Shown here: one piece after another, positions 26,474 through 39,829 of the stretch | How positions within the stretch are numbered: position 1 is the first letter of the stretch | How the letters are laid out: each line of letters begins with the position of its first letter | From: Eledone cirrhosa | Taxonomy: Eukaryota | Assembly: GCA_964016885.1 (NCBI GenBank) | Contig: OZ024740.1 | Span: 401,636,001-401,700,000 of the forward strand | Direction of reading: 5' to 3' | Length of the DNA stretch: 64,000 nt | Position numbers and translations under genes: made by a program | Notes under the pieces: generated by a model | The model's database searches: none | The model's input: the letters and a program-made list of their open reading frames with translations, nothing else | Told to the model about the DNA's origin: nothing

Positions 26474-27632
26474 ATATATATTTATATATATATATGTATA
26501 TATATATATAGGCATTGACGGGCAAATTTCCAATATTAAATGACCTACTCACAAATACACACATATTGAGAATTATATATGTCTATGCGCACAAAATTTT
26601 AGTGAGTATAGCATATAATTGTTGCGTACATTTGTCTATCTATGTGCTCTGTATGTGTGTGTGTGTGTGTGTGTTTATAATAATGAACAATGTTGGCAGG
26701 ATAACATAAACTATTTTCTTTGGTGTCACATTTAGGACGGAATTTGACTCAGGAAATTGAGTACCTAAAACTGATTTGTATATCATCACTAAAAGCTTTT
26801 TATATTCATTCAATTTCTGTATGAACACAGAAGAATATGGGGTTTCCGATAGCTGTAAATCTATAATATATACATATATTTTCTTTAGATGTTACATGAG
26901 ATGGAATAAAGTCCGGTGATCCGTGAAAAATTAGTATATATATTCGTGGCACATCAGAAATAGATTATTGAATGAATAATTACATAAATAAGATCGAGAA
27001 CCGAGATGAGATGTATTACTTTCTATGCTGGAATGAGTGTGCTTGCCTGCGTCTGTGTGTGTGTGTGTGTGCGTGTGGCTGTGTCTGTGTGTGCGATTGG
27101 ATTAGAGTGGGGGGTGTATAGGTGTTGGTTAAAGAGAGGGAGACATGCGACAGATAATTGAATACTTACCTGCATACATACATAAACACATTAACAAATG
27201 TGTGCGAGTTTTGTGCGTTTGCACGTGCAGGTGTGTGTGTGTGTGTTTGTGCGCGCGCGTGTGTGTTTGTGCGCGTATGTGTGCGCGTGCGCGCGCGCGT
27301 GTGTCGGTATGTGTGTGTGTGTTTGTGTGTGATTGTGTGTGTGTTTGTATGTGTCTGTATATGTGAATATCTCTATACATATCTTATTATTTACAACGTT
27401 CCATATAATTGTTTTAAAGCTGCAACGCATACTCCTAGCATACTTGTCTCAAACCACCTCCTGTCAAACAGCCACCATGACAGGCCAACTTGTACTAAGT
27501 ACAATGTGTTCCTTTGCCTCGTATATTGTTCAACAATGAAACATTTGTATGGAACGCTATATATAAAATATGCTACACTTCTTTTTACTCGGTTGCTTTG
27601 TCTATCATTCCTCTCATCCAATCGTACTCTCA

Positions 27633-28270
27633 TAAAATAGTGCACCACTTTTATGTTTCGACAGTCACCAACAATGGAGACCTGAACGCGGAGATCAGGC
27701 GCAGATATTGTCTTGCCGGTGGGGTCATATACACCATATAGAGGCCCCTTAGTTGCCACTGCACGCACAGAAGACGAAATTCTGTATCTCCGACACGTCG
27801 TTCCTCTCCGTTCTCCTCTATGGAGCAGAAACGTGGTCCCTCACAAAGAACCTGGCGAAGAGGATCGACTTCTTCGATAGCAGAGCGCTGAGGAACTTCG
27901 AGAACATCAGGTGGTACCACCATGTTTCCAACGAAGAGTTGCGTATGCGTACGCATCAGTTCGCAGGCTCTCGTCACATAGCCACCCACCGCATGTGGTG
28001 GTACAGACATGTACTCCACCTGCAAACAAATCATCCTACAAGGGCCTTACTTTCGTTAGACGCAACAGCTGCGGACTGGAAGAGGCCCCGAAGTAGGCTC
28101 CGCATAGAAGGCTGAATGTCATCAAGGAAGATCTCAGATCTCAGGAGGCTGAACCACACCTTGGAGGATGCAGAGGGGCTGGCATGGGACCACCAGCGAT
28201 GGAGGGCACTGGTGGTTGTGGTCGCCTCTACGCACGACGATACGTCTGGGATCATTGACCTAAAATGACT
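27633..28270 (+). mobile_element. RTE-clade LINE 3' fragment
   Basis: AEIRRR..SVLLYGAETWSLTK..FDSRALR..IRWYHHVSNEELR..WWYRHV..KRPR. Confidence 0.85.
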
Positions 28271-28291
28271 CCTGTCTCATCGAGCAATATA

Positions 28292-28384
<93 letters not shown>

Positions 28385-28706
28385 ATACACATATCACCAA
28401 GCGGTTAAAGAGTTGACAGCATAATTATGATGTCGAAAGTAGGGTCACAATACATAGAATCTAAAGCAAATGTCTATTCCATAGAAGCTCGTTAGATGGT
28501 TTAAACCAGTAATTGTAATAACAAGGTTTGTCGTGTATTTGTCACGCGGAGTATTGTTAAAGTTACACATTTCCTTGGAAAACTCAGCGACATCAAACCG
28601 AATTTCAGTTGCTCGTTCAACAACACAATCATAATTCCTATTCGACCTGATTTTCCATCATTTATCTATCTATCTAGCTGTCTGTCTGTCTTTCTATCTC
28701 TCCCCC

Positions 28707-28858
<152 letters not shown>

Positions 28859-29100
28859 ACGTTTTTTTATATAATAACGTTTTTTATATATAACGTTTTT
28901 TATATGTAACGTTTTTTTCGTATTCGTCTTATTCGGGAAACCTCTGTTGATGAGGTAATTATATTGTATTGTTTATTATACATTAAATTTTGCTCTGGTA
29001 CTTACATAGAGCACTCTTCACTCCTATGACTTTTTCAATTTTCAACGGTAACTTCAATACATGTATATATATATATGTATATATATATACACATATATAT

Positions 29101-29141
29101 ATAAAAAAGACTCCAGCTGCATTTTCGATTTCAGCTTTTTT

Positions 29142-29223
<82 letters not shown>

Positions 29224-29358
29224 AAAAAAGATGAAATCGAAAATGCAACTGGAGTCTTTTTTAATAAAAATATATATTAATTTGGTTCCTTTACCGGTTT
29301 CGCAGTTGTTCTGCTTTTCAAAAGTAGAATTGAGATGGAGGGTTTGTGATTTTTCTCA
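29101..29358 (-). mobile_element. PLE-end fragment (family A), tail inverted across (TA)n
   Basis: 29103-29145 inverts 29220-29263; reverse copy of 283-430. Confidence 0.7.
29289..29324 (-). ncRNA. Minimal hammerhead, family A (U3-A8)
   Basis: ctt TTGAAAA gcag-aacaa-ctgc GAAA ccgg TA aag. Confidence 0.75.
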
Positions 29359-29368
29359 CACACACATA

Positions 29369-29454
<86 letters not shown>

Positions 29455-30039
29455 TAGATAGGTAAATATACACGGGTGTGTATGATTGTGTATAGAAGAT
29501 TATATTAATAAGAGGAATTCCAACTTTGTCTGATTTACTCATTTTATTTACAATCCTTTAAAATATATATAATGGTATTATAATGAAATAGTATGATAGA
29601 ATATTAAATTCTAAGTGTTAATTGAACAAGTACTTTCATGCTTTCGCAATCTTCAGGTTCATGATATGTGGTGACAGTCGAGTTTGCAATTTTCAACTGT
29701 ATATATATACACATGTGTGTGCATTTGCGCGTGAATGTGAGTGTGTGTCTGTGTGAGTGCGTGTGTATATCTAAATATAACTCCAAAAATTGTGGATATA
29801 TGCACATAAATTTATATTAAATACCTTATAGAAAGAAGCTTACATTTTATGAGACGTCAGTCATTTGTGATGGACATGAGATAGTAAACAGATTGATAAC
29901 CTGCTAATTACGTTTACAACTAATAAATTCTAATAAATTCTAAAACTGTACATTTGGTGTGAATATATAAATGAATCTATAAAAATTAGATATTTACGTC
30001 TCTTTCTCTCTCCCCCCTCTCTCTCTCACTCTCTCTCAT

Positions 30040-30782
30040 GATGGTGGATTTGCAATATCAGTAGAATGTCGCTCAAAATGTTTTTCGGCTTATAGTTACG
30101 AACCTTTACCATCTGAGTTCAAATCCCTGCGACGCTAGTTTTGCCTTTCATCCTTACGAGACTGATAAAATAAAGTACCAGTAACGCAATGTGCCGGGTT
30201 TAGCTCATTCTCCCCTTCACTTCAAATTGTTGGTCTTCTGATCCCTTCTGAGTGCTTAATTCTGCTTACACACTTTTTATTGCTTAAAATATATATAAAT
30301 AAAACAATGTGATCTATATTCGCTAAAAGAAAAAATAACAATTCGAAGTATCCAGATACTCTAAATAATTGTTTCTTATATAGGCACAAGGCCAGCAATT
30401 CTGGGGGAGGGGACAGTCGATTAAATCGACCCCAGTGCATGACTGGTACTTTATTTCATCGACCCCGTAAGGATGAAAGGCAAATTTAACCTCGGCGAGA
30501 TTTGAACTCAGACCATAAATGGCCGTAACTCTATGCTGCAAAGCATGGCGTCCGACTCTCTACCGATACTGTAAATCAACCTCTCTAAATACTCTAAATA
30601 ATTGTTTCTACTTTTGGCACAAGGCCAGCAATTATCCAAGTGTATTACTGGTACTATATTTTATCGACCCCGTAAGGATGAAAGGCAAAGTTAACCTCGA
30701 CCGAATTTGAACTCAAGCCATAAAGGGCCGTAACTCTTTGTTGCAAAGCTTGGCATCCGACAATTTACCGATACTGCCAATG
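30040..30782. mobile_element. Cluster of three Nin/Deu-core SINEs (+ 30040-30240; - 30365-30572; - 30597-30782)
   Basis: Each has the gagttcaaat box and the gcctttcatccttacg..gataaa..gtacca core. Confidence 0.8.
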
Positions 30783-30789
30783 GAGTATA

Positions 30790-31590
30790 ATTCCAACGGA
30801 CATTTTATTGCAGATGTAAAGCATTCCACAGGTTTTGTTCAACCGGAGTTTTATTATAATAATAAACAAGAAAGACGGTTTCAATTGCACATCCCTATTT
30901 ATTTTGTTATACATATTTCAAAGACGTAAAGTAGCTTTATAACAACTGCCCTATGACAAAAATCCAATCGAGATGTAAATATCCATTAATATGTTACTGG
31001 TCATACGCGTTATTCCCTTCGCCGACCAGTAAACATATGTCCAAAATTCTCAAGTAGCAGTTCTTATATGTGTGGGAGATAGATATTCCAATTGACGTTG
31101 CTGCTTGTGAACTGGCTAGGGTTTCAAGTTACCAGATTAGCCGCTTAATTCATACTAACGCATGTATGAACTGTTAGTTTATTTATTTATTTTTTTATAC
31201 TAGATTTTATTCACTTAGATACTAATTCTAATTTTAGATATTTGCTGATGTTATAATGTATCTATATATTAATGAATATAAAATTAATGATTTGGTGATC
31301 TATTTAATATTATTTAAATTTTGGTGAAAGGAATACTACTTATGACCGGTAACATATCAATGGATATTTACATCTCGTTTGGATTTTTGTCTGAAGAGAA
31401 CACGTAGGGAAGTAGTTATACATTTGCCTTACGTCTTGAAATACGTATAACAAAATAAATAGAGCTGGACAAATGAAACCTTTCTTGATTATTATTAAAA
31501 TAATGCCCGGTTGAACAAAAAACATGGGGTGTTTTACATCAATTAATAAAAATTCGGCAGATTTTCAATCAACTAACTTTCTTCAATTAA
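30790..31590. mobile_element. PLE-end insertion with inverted arms (family B-like)
   Basis: Arms ~30790-31005/31341-31560; homologue at 44221-44660. Confidence 0.65.
31385..31455 (+). ncRNA. Type-I hammerhead (family B-like)
   Basis: ttttgt CTGAAGA ga..acgtagg..ccttacgt.ctt GAAA tacgta TA acaaaa; palindromic stem III ATACGTAT. Confidence 0.8.
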
Positions 31591-31820
31591 ATATATATAT
31601 ATATATATTTCGTTTCTGAATTTGTTTAGCAAGATTCTTTATCTGAAAACGTGTATTGAAACCGATATTGTTATACTTTGAGAGGGTCATGTTGCCAACA
31701 AGAAACACACTCTCCAGTTGCTTTCACTCCAATTTATTATAAATTAAATTTATAAATTTAAGAATTCATAAATGTTCGGTTGGTTGGTTGGTTCCACAAC
31801 AGGACGGTTGTTCATATATT

Positions 31821-31863
31821 GTCAAAGTTCTTTCGTCACACATTATGTGACCCCTTCAGTGAC
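31821..31863 (-). ncRNA. Minimal hammerhead, family E, in Neptune pLTR
   Basis: gtca CTGAAGG g gtcacat-aat-gtgtgac GAAA gaac TT tgac; A9 changed to G in this copy. Confidence 0.6.
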
Positions 31864-32061
31864 TGGGGATTCTTTTCTTTGTTTTGTGCCTCTTCTTTGT
31901 TCTGTCCTACGCCATCTTGATTTTGTGTGTGTTGTGTGCTTAGTTTGCGCATGTGTTACATCCAGGTGTCTGTGTGTGTTCTTATTTGTTTATTTATATT
32001 TTTATTTACATGTTAATGGTTGGTTGTTTGTTCTATGTGTGTGTGTGTTTTCATTTTGTCC

Positions 32062-33677
32062 TTAATTGTAAGTTGTGATGTTGCTATTCCATTCATGTTT
32101 TCTATTTAATTTTGGTTGGAGTTCATTTATGTTTATTGCCTCTGTGATTTGTCAAAACATTGCGTCTTTTCAGTGTGTAGATTCTATTTGTATTTCTATG
32201 TTCTCTAATTTGCCTTTATGTTCTATGTTAGCATGTTGGTGGAGTATTGATGATTCTTTTTTATCTTGAAACTCTCGCCAGTGTTCATTTAACCTTTCTC
32301 CTATACTACGAGCTGTCTCATCTATGACCACTATATTCTTATCTTTACATCTTATGCTATATACTATTTCTAGTTTTATAGTTAATATGGGGCTTAGTTT
32401 ACAGATTATGCATTTCTTATCTATACAGGGAGGTCTTTGAAAAGGGTATGTATTACTAATAAGTGTTTTTTATGGAGGTACCTGGTCTTTCTACTATCTT
32501 AATATTAACTTTAAGTTTATCTCGGGCCCTTCTAAATTTGTACGCTAATTCACCTCTAGGGGTTGTATTGATGAACATTACACTGTGGTATTTATTGCTA
32601 TCATACCATGAGATTATTCTATTAACCTTAAGGGCGGTGGATTGGAAGTATCGGTAGAGGGTCGGACACCATGGTTTCCAGCATAGTTACGTCCCTTTAC
32701 GATCTAAGTTCAAATCCCGCCGAGGTTGACTTTGCCTTTCATCCTTACGGCATCGATAAAATAAAGTGCCAGTAATGCACTGGGTAATTGCTGGCCTTGT
32801 GCCTAAAGTAGAAACAATTATTCTATTAACCTTATTCCTAGTTCTTTCTATTCTATTCCAAAATTTGCTCCTATACAAGGGGCAGGTCCCATTCTATCAT
32901 TATTTACCATTTTTTCCCATTTGTTTGTGGCTCCTCTATATACTCTGATTTTATTTCTCTGATTGTAACCAGAGAACTGCATACGGTGGATAAAGTGCTG
33001 TATCTGTCTCTCTAGTTCTTTGGGGTTGCACATGCGGGACACGTTTCTCATCACCCGTACCAAATCCGCAAAGAGTATGTTGATTTTGGTGTGGTCCGAA
33101 CAGCTGAGTTTCGGTGGATCAGATATTTGGAAGTCATTGGTTTGGCATAATGGGAATGGAGGATTTGTTTTTTTTGTATTTAACCATAGCTCTGTGTCTA
33201 GTACAGGTAATCGATGGTTGGGGTGTTTGCTTGGGTAGTCTATAATAACTCGAATACTCTGGTGGATGGAGTTATCTATTTGCTGGATGCTTTCCATGGT
33301 ATTTTACTCTAATTCCTGACTGTTCTCTAGTGGGGTGTTTTTACTACGATGTTTATATCATCAACGTAGTGGGAGTACATTATCAAAGTACAGAGGTTGC
33401 TGTCTTCTAATTGTTCTTTAAGTTTAAGTTTAAGTTTATTGTCCCACCATACCATGAATAGGTTAGCTATGTCACCTGCAATGCTGACACCAATGGCTGC
33501 TCCCTCCTCTTGGGCATATGTTTTTCCATTAAATTTGAACATATGTCCCTTAAGGGTTAGTTTTATACTGGCCCCCACCGCATGTGCAATCATTTTCTTT
33601 AGTTCATCGTTGTTTTCGGGGGTCCGTATGGCTCTGGTCCACACGTTCCATCTTTCTGTGTAGGTTTTTATGGCCAT
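32062..33677 (-). pseudogene. PLE reverse transcriptase plus GIY-YIG pseudogene
   Basis: FKFNGKTYAQEEGAAIG..IANLFM..YVDD; LPVLDTELW; VMFINTTPRGEL..IKIVERPG; CIDKKCIIC..VYSIRC..ETARSIGERLNEHW..QITEAINI..LNRKHEW. Confidence 0.9.
32631..32816 (+). mobile_element. Full-length Nin/Deu-core SINE nested in the PLE, 18-bp TSD
   Basis: TSD attattctattaacctta at 32613-32630 and 32817-32834. Confidence 0.9.
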
Positions 33678-33691
33678 TGAGGTAATGGTAG

Positions 33692-33868
33692 GTGGTATGC
33701 CTCTTGATGGACCATAAGACGAACAGTGACCCTGTCACAGGACCACCAACACTGCCAGTCTGTGGAGTTAACATTGCTAGTAACTACAGACTTTCTTACT
33801 TCCTCTCCCTGATCATACGCCCCATTATTGAAATGTCCCCAGATATATGTGACAGCACTGAGGACCCC
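33692..33868 (+). pseudogene. Inverted PLE RT N-terminal fragment
   Basis: LLMDHK..GPPTLPVC..NYRLSYFLSLIIRP..CDSTED fits PLE RT motifs 1-2 (KDHK..PxRPV..CxSTED). Confidence 0.75.
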
Positions 33869-33960
33869 CTTTTTGTCTTTTTCCTTTTCACTTCATAAAC
33901 CTTGTTTGTATATAACATTATTCTTTCTGCACTATTTCCCTAACATGTTCAACACCAATC

Positions 33961-33995
33961 ATTTGATAATGCATAAAAATGCTGAAACCGGTAAT
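33961..33995 (+). ncRNA. Minimal hammerhead-like motif, family F
   Basis: TTGATAA t-gcat-aaaa-atgc-t GAAA ccgg TA; U3-A8 core, weak stem I. Confidence 0.5.
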
Positions 33996-35358
33996 AGACA
34001 ATTATTAAATATATAAATACATGAATAAATGCCATTGTTAATTAATAAATAAATTAACTAATACCTTAACACTTCACACAAAGTAAAATATTTGGTTTTA
34101 ATCATTTTCTAACCCAGAAAAACGAGAGAAAAAAAATAAAAAGGAAAGAAAAATATTTTTCTTCCTAATAATCGTCTTTTCCTCCCTTTTTTTCGTATAT
34201 ATATATATATATATATATTGTAGAGCGAGAGACTCCTAGCCTTAATTAAGACATTTCTGTAGGAGGGGGTCACTCTCATATAACACCTGCGACCTCGTTT
34301 GCATCCAATGATGTAGAGTAGTTCCACTTTTGGGTAAATGCATTCAATGTTCAGATAGTTGAATTGGCCCCGTGCAAAGCCTTTCCTCTCTTAAAAAAGC
34401 TTCAAGCACACGCATCATTTGATATGTAACATGTTAAGCGATGCATGGCATTGCTAACCAAAGTCCAACCCATTGAATGACTAAAAAGCCACGTCTGTGA
34501 TACACATGCTGAAATATCAGGCAATTGCTTTACTTAGAATCGCTCAAAAAAAAAAAAAAAAAACCTTTAGCGGTTCACACTTCTGATATATATATATTAC
34601 TATCGTTGTAAACTTCATCCTTGCTATTATCATCATCATTATCGTCTTCATATTCGGCTTAAACCGTTACAATTCTCGTCCTAATATTTCAGTAAACTTT
34701 AAAATGATTCTATAAGCCTGGCTGAAACATTCATTATACTTCATATAAGATTTCTTCAAGACATTAAGGATATTAATTTATTCGAAATATATTCAATGAA
34801 GTATCGAAATCCGGTCGCAAAATCAATTTAACGGAAGGTTTACCTTCTACAATAAATATTCTCCTTATAATCATGTGCATCAGTATATTTGATATGTCTA
34901 TCGCCTTCTGGATGCTAAAAGATAAGTTAATGAAGCAGACATACTACTCACATCACCTGGTAAGTTATAGATGTTCATGGTCAATGAATGCTTGACACTC
35001 CTTAGACGGGAAAGTCGTTTGAAAAAGGGAAATCTTTCAATTATTGAGAGTAACATCACTTCACGAGGGCGGGTCAGCCAATATGTAATTTAACTTTGAA
35101 GTGCCAGATTTTGAATATAAGTATTCAACTGACAGATATTATTTATATGTATATGTATGTCCATATGAGTATGTATAAGTATGTGTATCTTTACGTTTAT
35201 ATATGCATATATGAAAGATATGCACATATATCTGCATATATATGAACTTTGAAGTATCTTTGATGTATATATATCACTCTTTCTCTATTGATATGTATAT
35301 ATTTATATATATGTATATGTATACACACACACTCCTATATATATGTATATATATGTAC

Positions 35359-35434
<76 letters not shown>

Positions 35435-35435
35435 G

Positions 35436-35466
<31 letters not shown>

Positions 35467-36229
35467 ATATATACACGTGTGTGTATGTGTGTACTTGTGT
35501 GTGTGTGCATCTGTTTTCGTGTATGTTTGTGCGTGTGTAAGTGTGCGTATATGGGTGTGTATGTGCTTTTGTGTTGTGTAATTTTGAGCTAGCTAGCTGC
35601 CCAGCTGTTCACATGATGCTCTATCTATCTACCGATCATTCAATGTATGTTAGTGTGTATATGTGTGATTAAAAATTCCAAACATAGACGAGATATGGCA
35701 ATTTGTTTTATATGATTATGTACATAAATGCTATTTAAACCCCTTCCATAGAATAGAACACCTGCAAACAGGTGCCTTTGCGGCGTTTCTTTTTTGTTCT
35801 ATTCGTTTTATTATTTCTATAGGTATTTGTCATTTGTATACATCATTAATTTATCTATTGGGTAACTCCAATAGCTATTTTTCCTAACCGGATAATAAAG
35901 GCGGTGATTTTCTTTCTTAACTGGTAATAAAGGCAGTGAATTCATAGAGACTTCATGGGTTTGAGAAAGTACCAGATTTGTGACTACCAAAAACTGCAAT
36001 GTGGTGAGAAGTACAAAAAGGGACCTCATTGCATCGTCCTTCGCGGGGATTAATAAGAGACGCGTTCAGGCCTTATGTAGAAGGGCATATTTGAAAAATA
36101 TATTGCCATCTCCATTTCATGCCACAAAACCTGGTGATTTGCCTGCGACATGTCTTGGGAGGCGTGGGATGTACGCACAAAGATTGCATATTTTGAGAGC
36201 CAAAGAGGTTTCGGAAGGGACAAATCTTG

Positions 36230-36990
36230 ACAATTAGAACCTGGAACATCACAACCCTTATAGGTAAGGAACAGGAACTAGTGTAGGAAGCTAGATTCTA
36301 CCAGCTATTGTTGTTGGGTTTCCTCAACAAAGTTCAGTGGCTCTGATATTGTAGGTATGGATGGAGGATGGAAACACCACTATCTGGAGCCATAAATTAC
36401 TGCACGGCTATCGGAATTTTTTATAGACTGAATCCCGTTAGGCGGAGGTTTTGCGTCCTAAAGCCTATGCTGAATTATATGTCTCTGCGGGTGGTGCAAG
36501 TTTATGCACCAAAAAAAAAAAAACGGAGTCCAAATACAGATCCTTCCTTGATGAAATCCCTGCAGAGTTAGATGTAATTAAGACCGAGATATATAACCTG
36601 ATGGAAGAATTTAATGCACATGTTAGCACTGACCATCTACATTTAAAAAGAGGCATTGGAAGGAATGGCGACCCCGTCTACAAAAGGATGGAGAGGCCAT
36701 ATGAGACTTCTGTTCAAGCAAAGGAATTTTTATTATGAACACCTTCTCTTCCTGCACAGAGACATCTATATATATAATGGTATAAATGATATCAGGGACA
36801 GAGATCAATAATCGATTTTGTTATTTCCTCTTATCTCTTCAATTCTGTGCTGGCTGTTCGTGTTAAGAGAGGGGCTGAGCTGTCAACTGATCACCATCTA
36901 GGTATCGACAATTTGAGACTACCTAAGGCCAATGAAGCCCACAACACTGCTACAAGATAAAGTGGGAAGCGTTGGTGAATAAGGAAGTCA
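36230..36990 (+). mobile_element. RTE-clade LINE AP-endonuclease fragment
   Basis: [50 protein letters not shown]. Confidence 0.8.
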
Positions 36991-37101
36991 AATCCCAGCC
37001 AACTGATCCTACCCTCACCAGTACGGATACAACTTCCATGTCGGCTGCACATGTCAATCGTGTTTATGAAAAATAAGAAAATGTGAAGGTATATAATATA
37101 T

Positions 37102-37175
<74 letters not shown>

Positions 37176-37210
37176 TACACATATACATACACGTATACAT
37201 ACACATATAA

Positions 37211-37275
<65 letters not shown>

Positions 37276-37411
37276 CAAAAGGGATATTCGATTTGTTGCT
37301 AATTCAACAAATATAAATGTTTATAACTGATTCAAAGCACTCGACAAGTTTTCTGGAGTATAATATTCAATGATATTAAATAAATGGAAACTATATTTTT
37401 AAAACGATATT

Positions 37412-37472
37412 TATTCTATTATATATAGTTCAAGGGTACCAAAACATTGGCACGCTCTCATCAGAGAAAATA
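37412..37472 (-). ncRNA. Hammerhead family B, damaged (GAAA>GAAC)
   Basis: tattttct CTGATGA gagcgtgcc..ggtaccctt GAAC tatata TA atagaata. Confidence 0.55.
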
Positions 37473-37589
37473 CAAAGTTTGTTTTATAAATATTGATATA
37501 ACCAGAAAAAATACCTTAACGGTTCAAGTTTTTTCTGGAAAAACTTGAACCGTTAAGGTATTTTTTCTGATGAGAGCGTATTTTACATG

Positions 37590-37650
37590 TATTTTATCTG
37601 ATGAGAGCGTACGAAGGTTTTGGTACCCTTGAAATATATATAATAGAATA
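37590..37650 (+). ncRNA. Type-I hammerhead, family B
   Basis: tattttat CTGATGA gagcgtac..gtaccctt GAAA tatata TA atagaata. Confidence 0.8.
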
Positions 37651-37786
37651 AATATCGTTTTAAAAATATAGTTTCCATTTATTTAATATCATTGAATATT
37701 ATACTCCAGAAAACTTGTCGAGTGCTTTGAATCAGTTATAAACGTTTATATTTGTTGAATTAGCAACAAATCGAATATCCCTTTTG

Positions 37787-37827
<41 letters not shown>

Positions 37828-38027
37828 CCTTCACATTTTCATATTTTTCATAAACACGATTGAGATGTGCAGCCGACATGGAAGTTGTATCCGTACTGGT
37901 GAGGGTAGGACCAGCTGGCTGGGATTATAAGACAGTATATACAGAAAAATACACAACGAGGTATGTGTTCAATCATAGGAGATAAAATACCACCAGAGTG
38001 AAAAACATATTGTCTAAGAAAGGAAAG

Positions 38028-38791
<764 letters not shown>

Positions 38792-38907
38792 CATGTTTTA
38801 TGATATATAGCTCTGATTGTTTAATTTATTAATTTTTCATTGAGCCAAAAATTGGCCTGTTGCAAAACACGTATATGTATGTGTATGTATGTATATATAT
38901 ATGTAAA

Positions 38908-38965
<58 letters not shown>

Positions 38966-39110
38966 CTACGGGTTTATATATATATATATATATATATAAC
39001 GGGCTTCTGCAGTTTACGTTATATAGAGGATGGCCCGTTAATATGGTAGAAGACCCGTTTTCTATGTACTCTGCAGCATCACGTGTATGTATGTATGTAT
39101 ATATTTATGT

Positions 39111-39717
39111 CAGGTCACCACTTGGTGCTACTGGTAACATGTATCCCAGTACAACCTGTCTCATGGTCGGGTCGTTGGCGACTAAACTGGCAACCCCACC
39201 AAGGTTTCTTGGTGAGGAGGGTGACTTTAGACATCCTGCAGGACTAAAAACAAAACCTGTCAAAGGGCAAAGGAGCTCTTAAGAGTCAATGGCCATCCAA
39301 AATCACTGGGAGAGATGACCCCTTAGCCTTTGTCAAGGCAGAATTCTAGGAGAAGGAAAACTCTGATATAACACCTGCAACCCTGATGGTATCCAATGAT
39401 GTTGACTTGTTCTTCTTTTTGGTAAATATCATCTTGGTTAAGAGAGTGGGACTGGCTTTGTGCAGTGCCTTTGCTCACTATAAAAGCTTCATGGCACAGG
39501 CATTGCTTTGTATCTGGAGATCTCTCTGCACTTGTCGTCACATGGTACCAAAGGTAAAGCACTATGTGTCAATAATTGTCACAAGTGTAGTGTTTGTACC
39601 AGAGTTTTCAAGTCGCTGGCTGGACTAAAAAGTCACACTCGTTCAGCGCATCGGTAGGGGTTCTCCTACATGGATATAAAGTAGTGGCCGTACTCGAAAA
39701 CGATTTGGCAGCCACCA
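39111..39717 (+). mobile_element. Bipartite non-autonomous RTE-derived retroelement
   Basis: RTE 5'UTR-like tctaggagaaggaaaactctga joined to a C-terminal zinc-finger remnant (FKSLAGLKSHTR) and 3' end; second copy 43635-44042. Confidence 0.65.
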
Positions 39718-39735
39718 TATATATATATATATATA

Positions 39736-39829
<94 letters not shown>

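Larger units (their letters stand above)
31775..33868 (-). mobile_element. Neptune-like Penelope-like retrotransposon, degenerate, with inverted 5' segment
   Basis: RT, thumb, Cys-rich linker and GIY-YIG on minus; pLTR with HHR at the 3' end; RT motifs 1-2 on plus at 33692-33868. Confidence 0.85.
36991..37926. repeat. Triply nested inverted repeat
   Basis: Outer arms 36991-37100/37821-37926; inner arms 37270-37472/37590-37790; central palindrome 37505-37567. Confidence 0.85.

Noticed and set aside
32090-32200. In-frame TGA codons in the PLE endonuclease as selenocysteine
   Set aside because: They are not at Cys positions (one replaces Arg of RQITEA, consistent with CpG decay), and the element has other lesions
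39111-39300. HDV-like ribozyme
   Set aside because: A P1-like pairing exists, but I found no P3/L3, P1.1 or J4/2 in the required order
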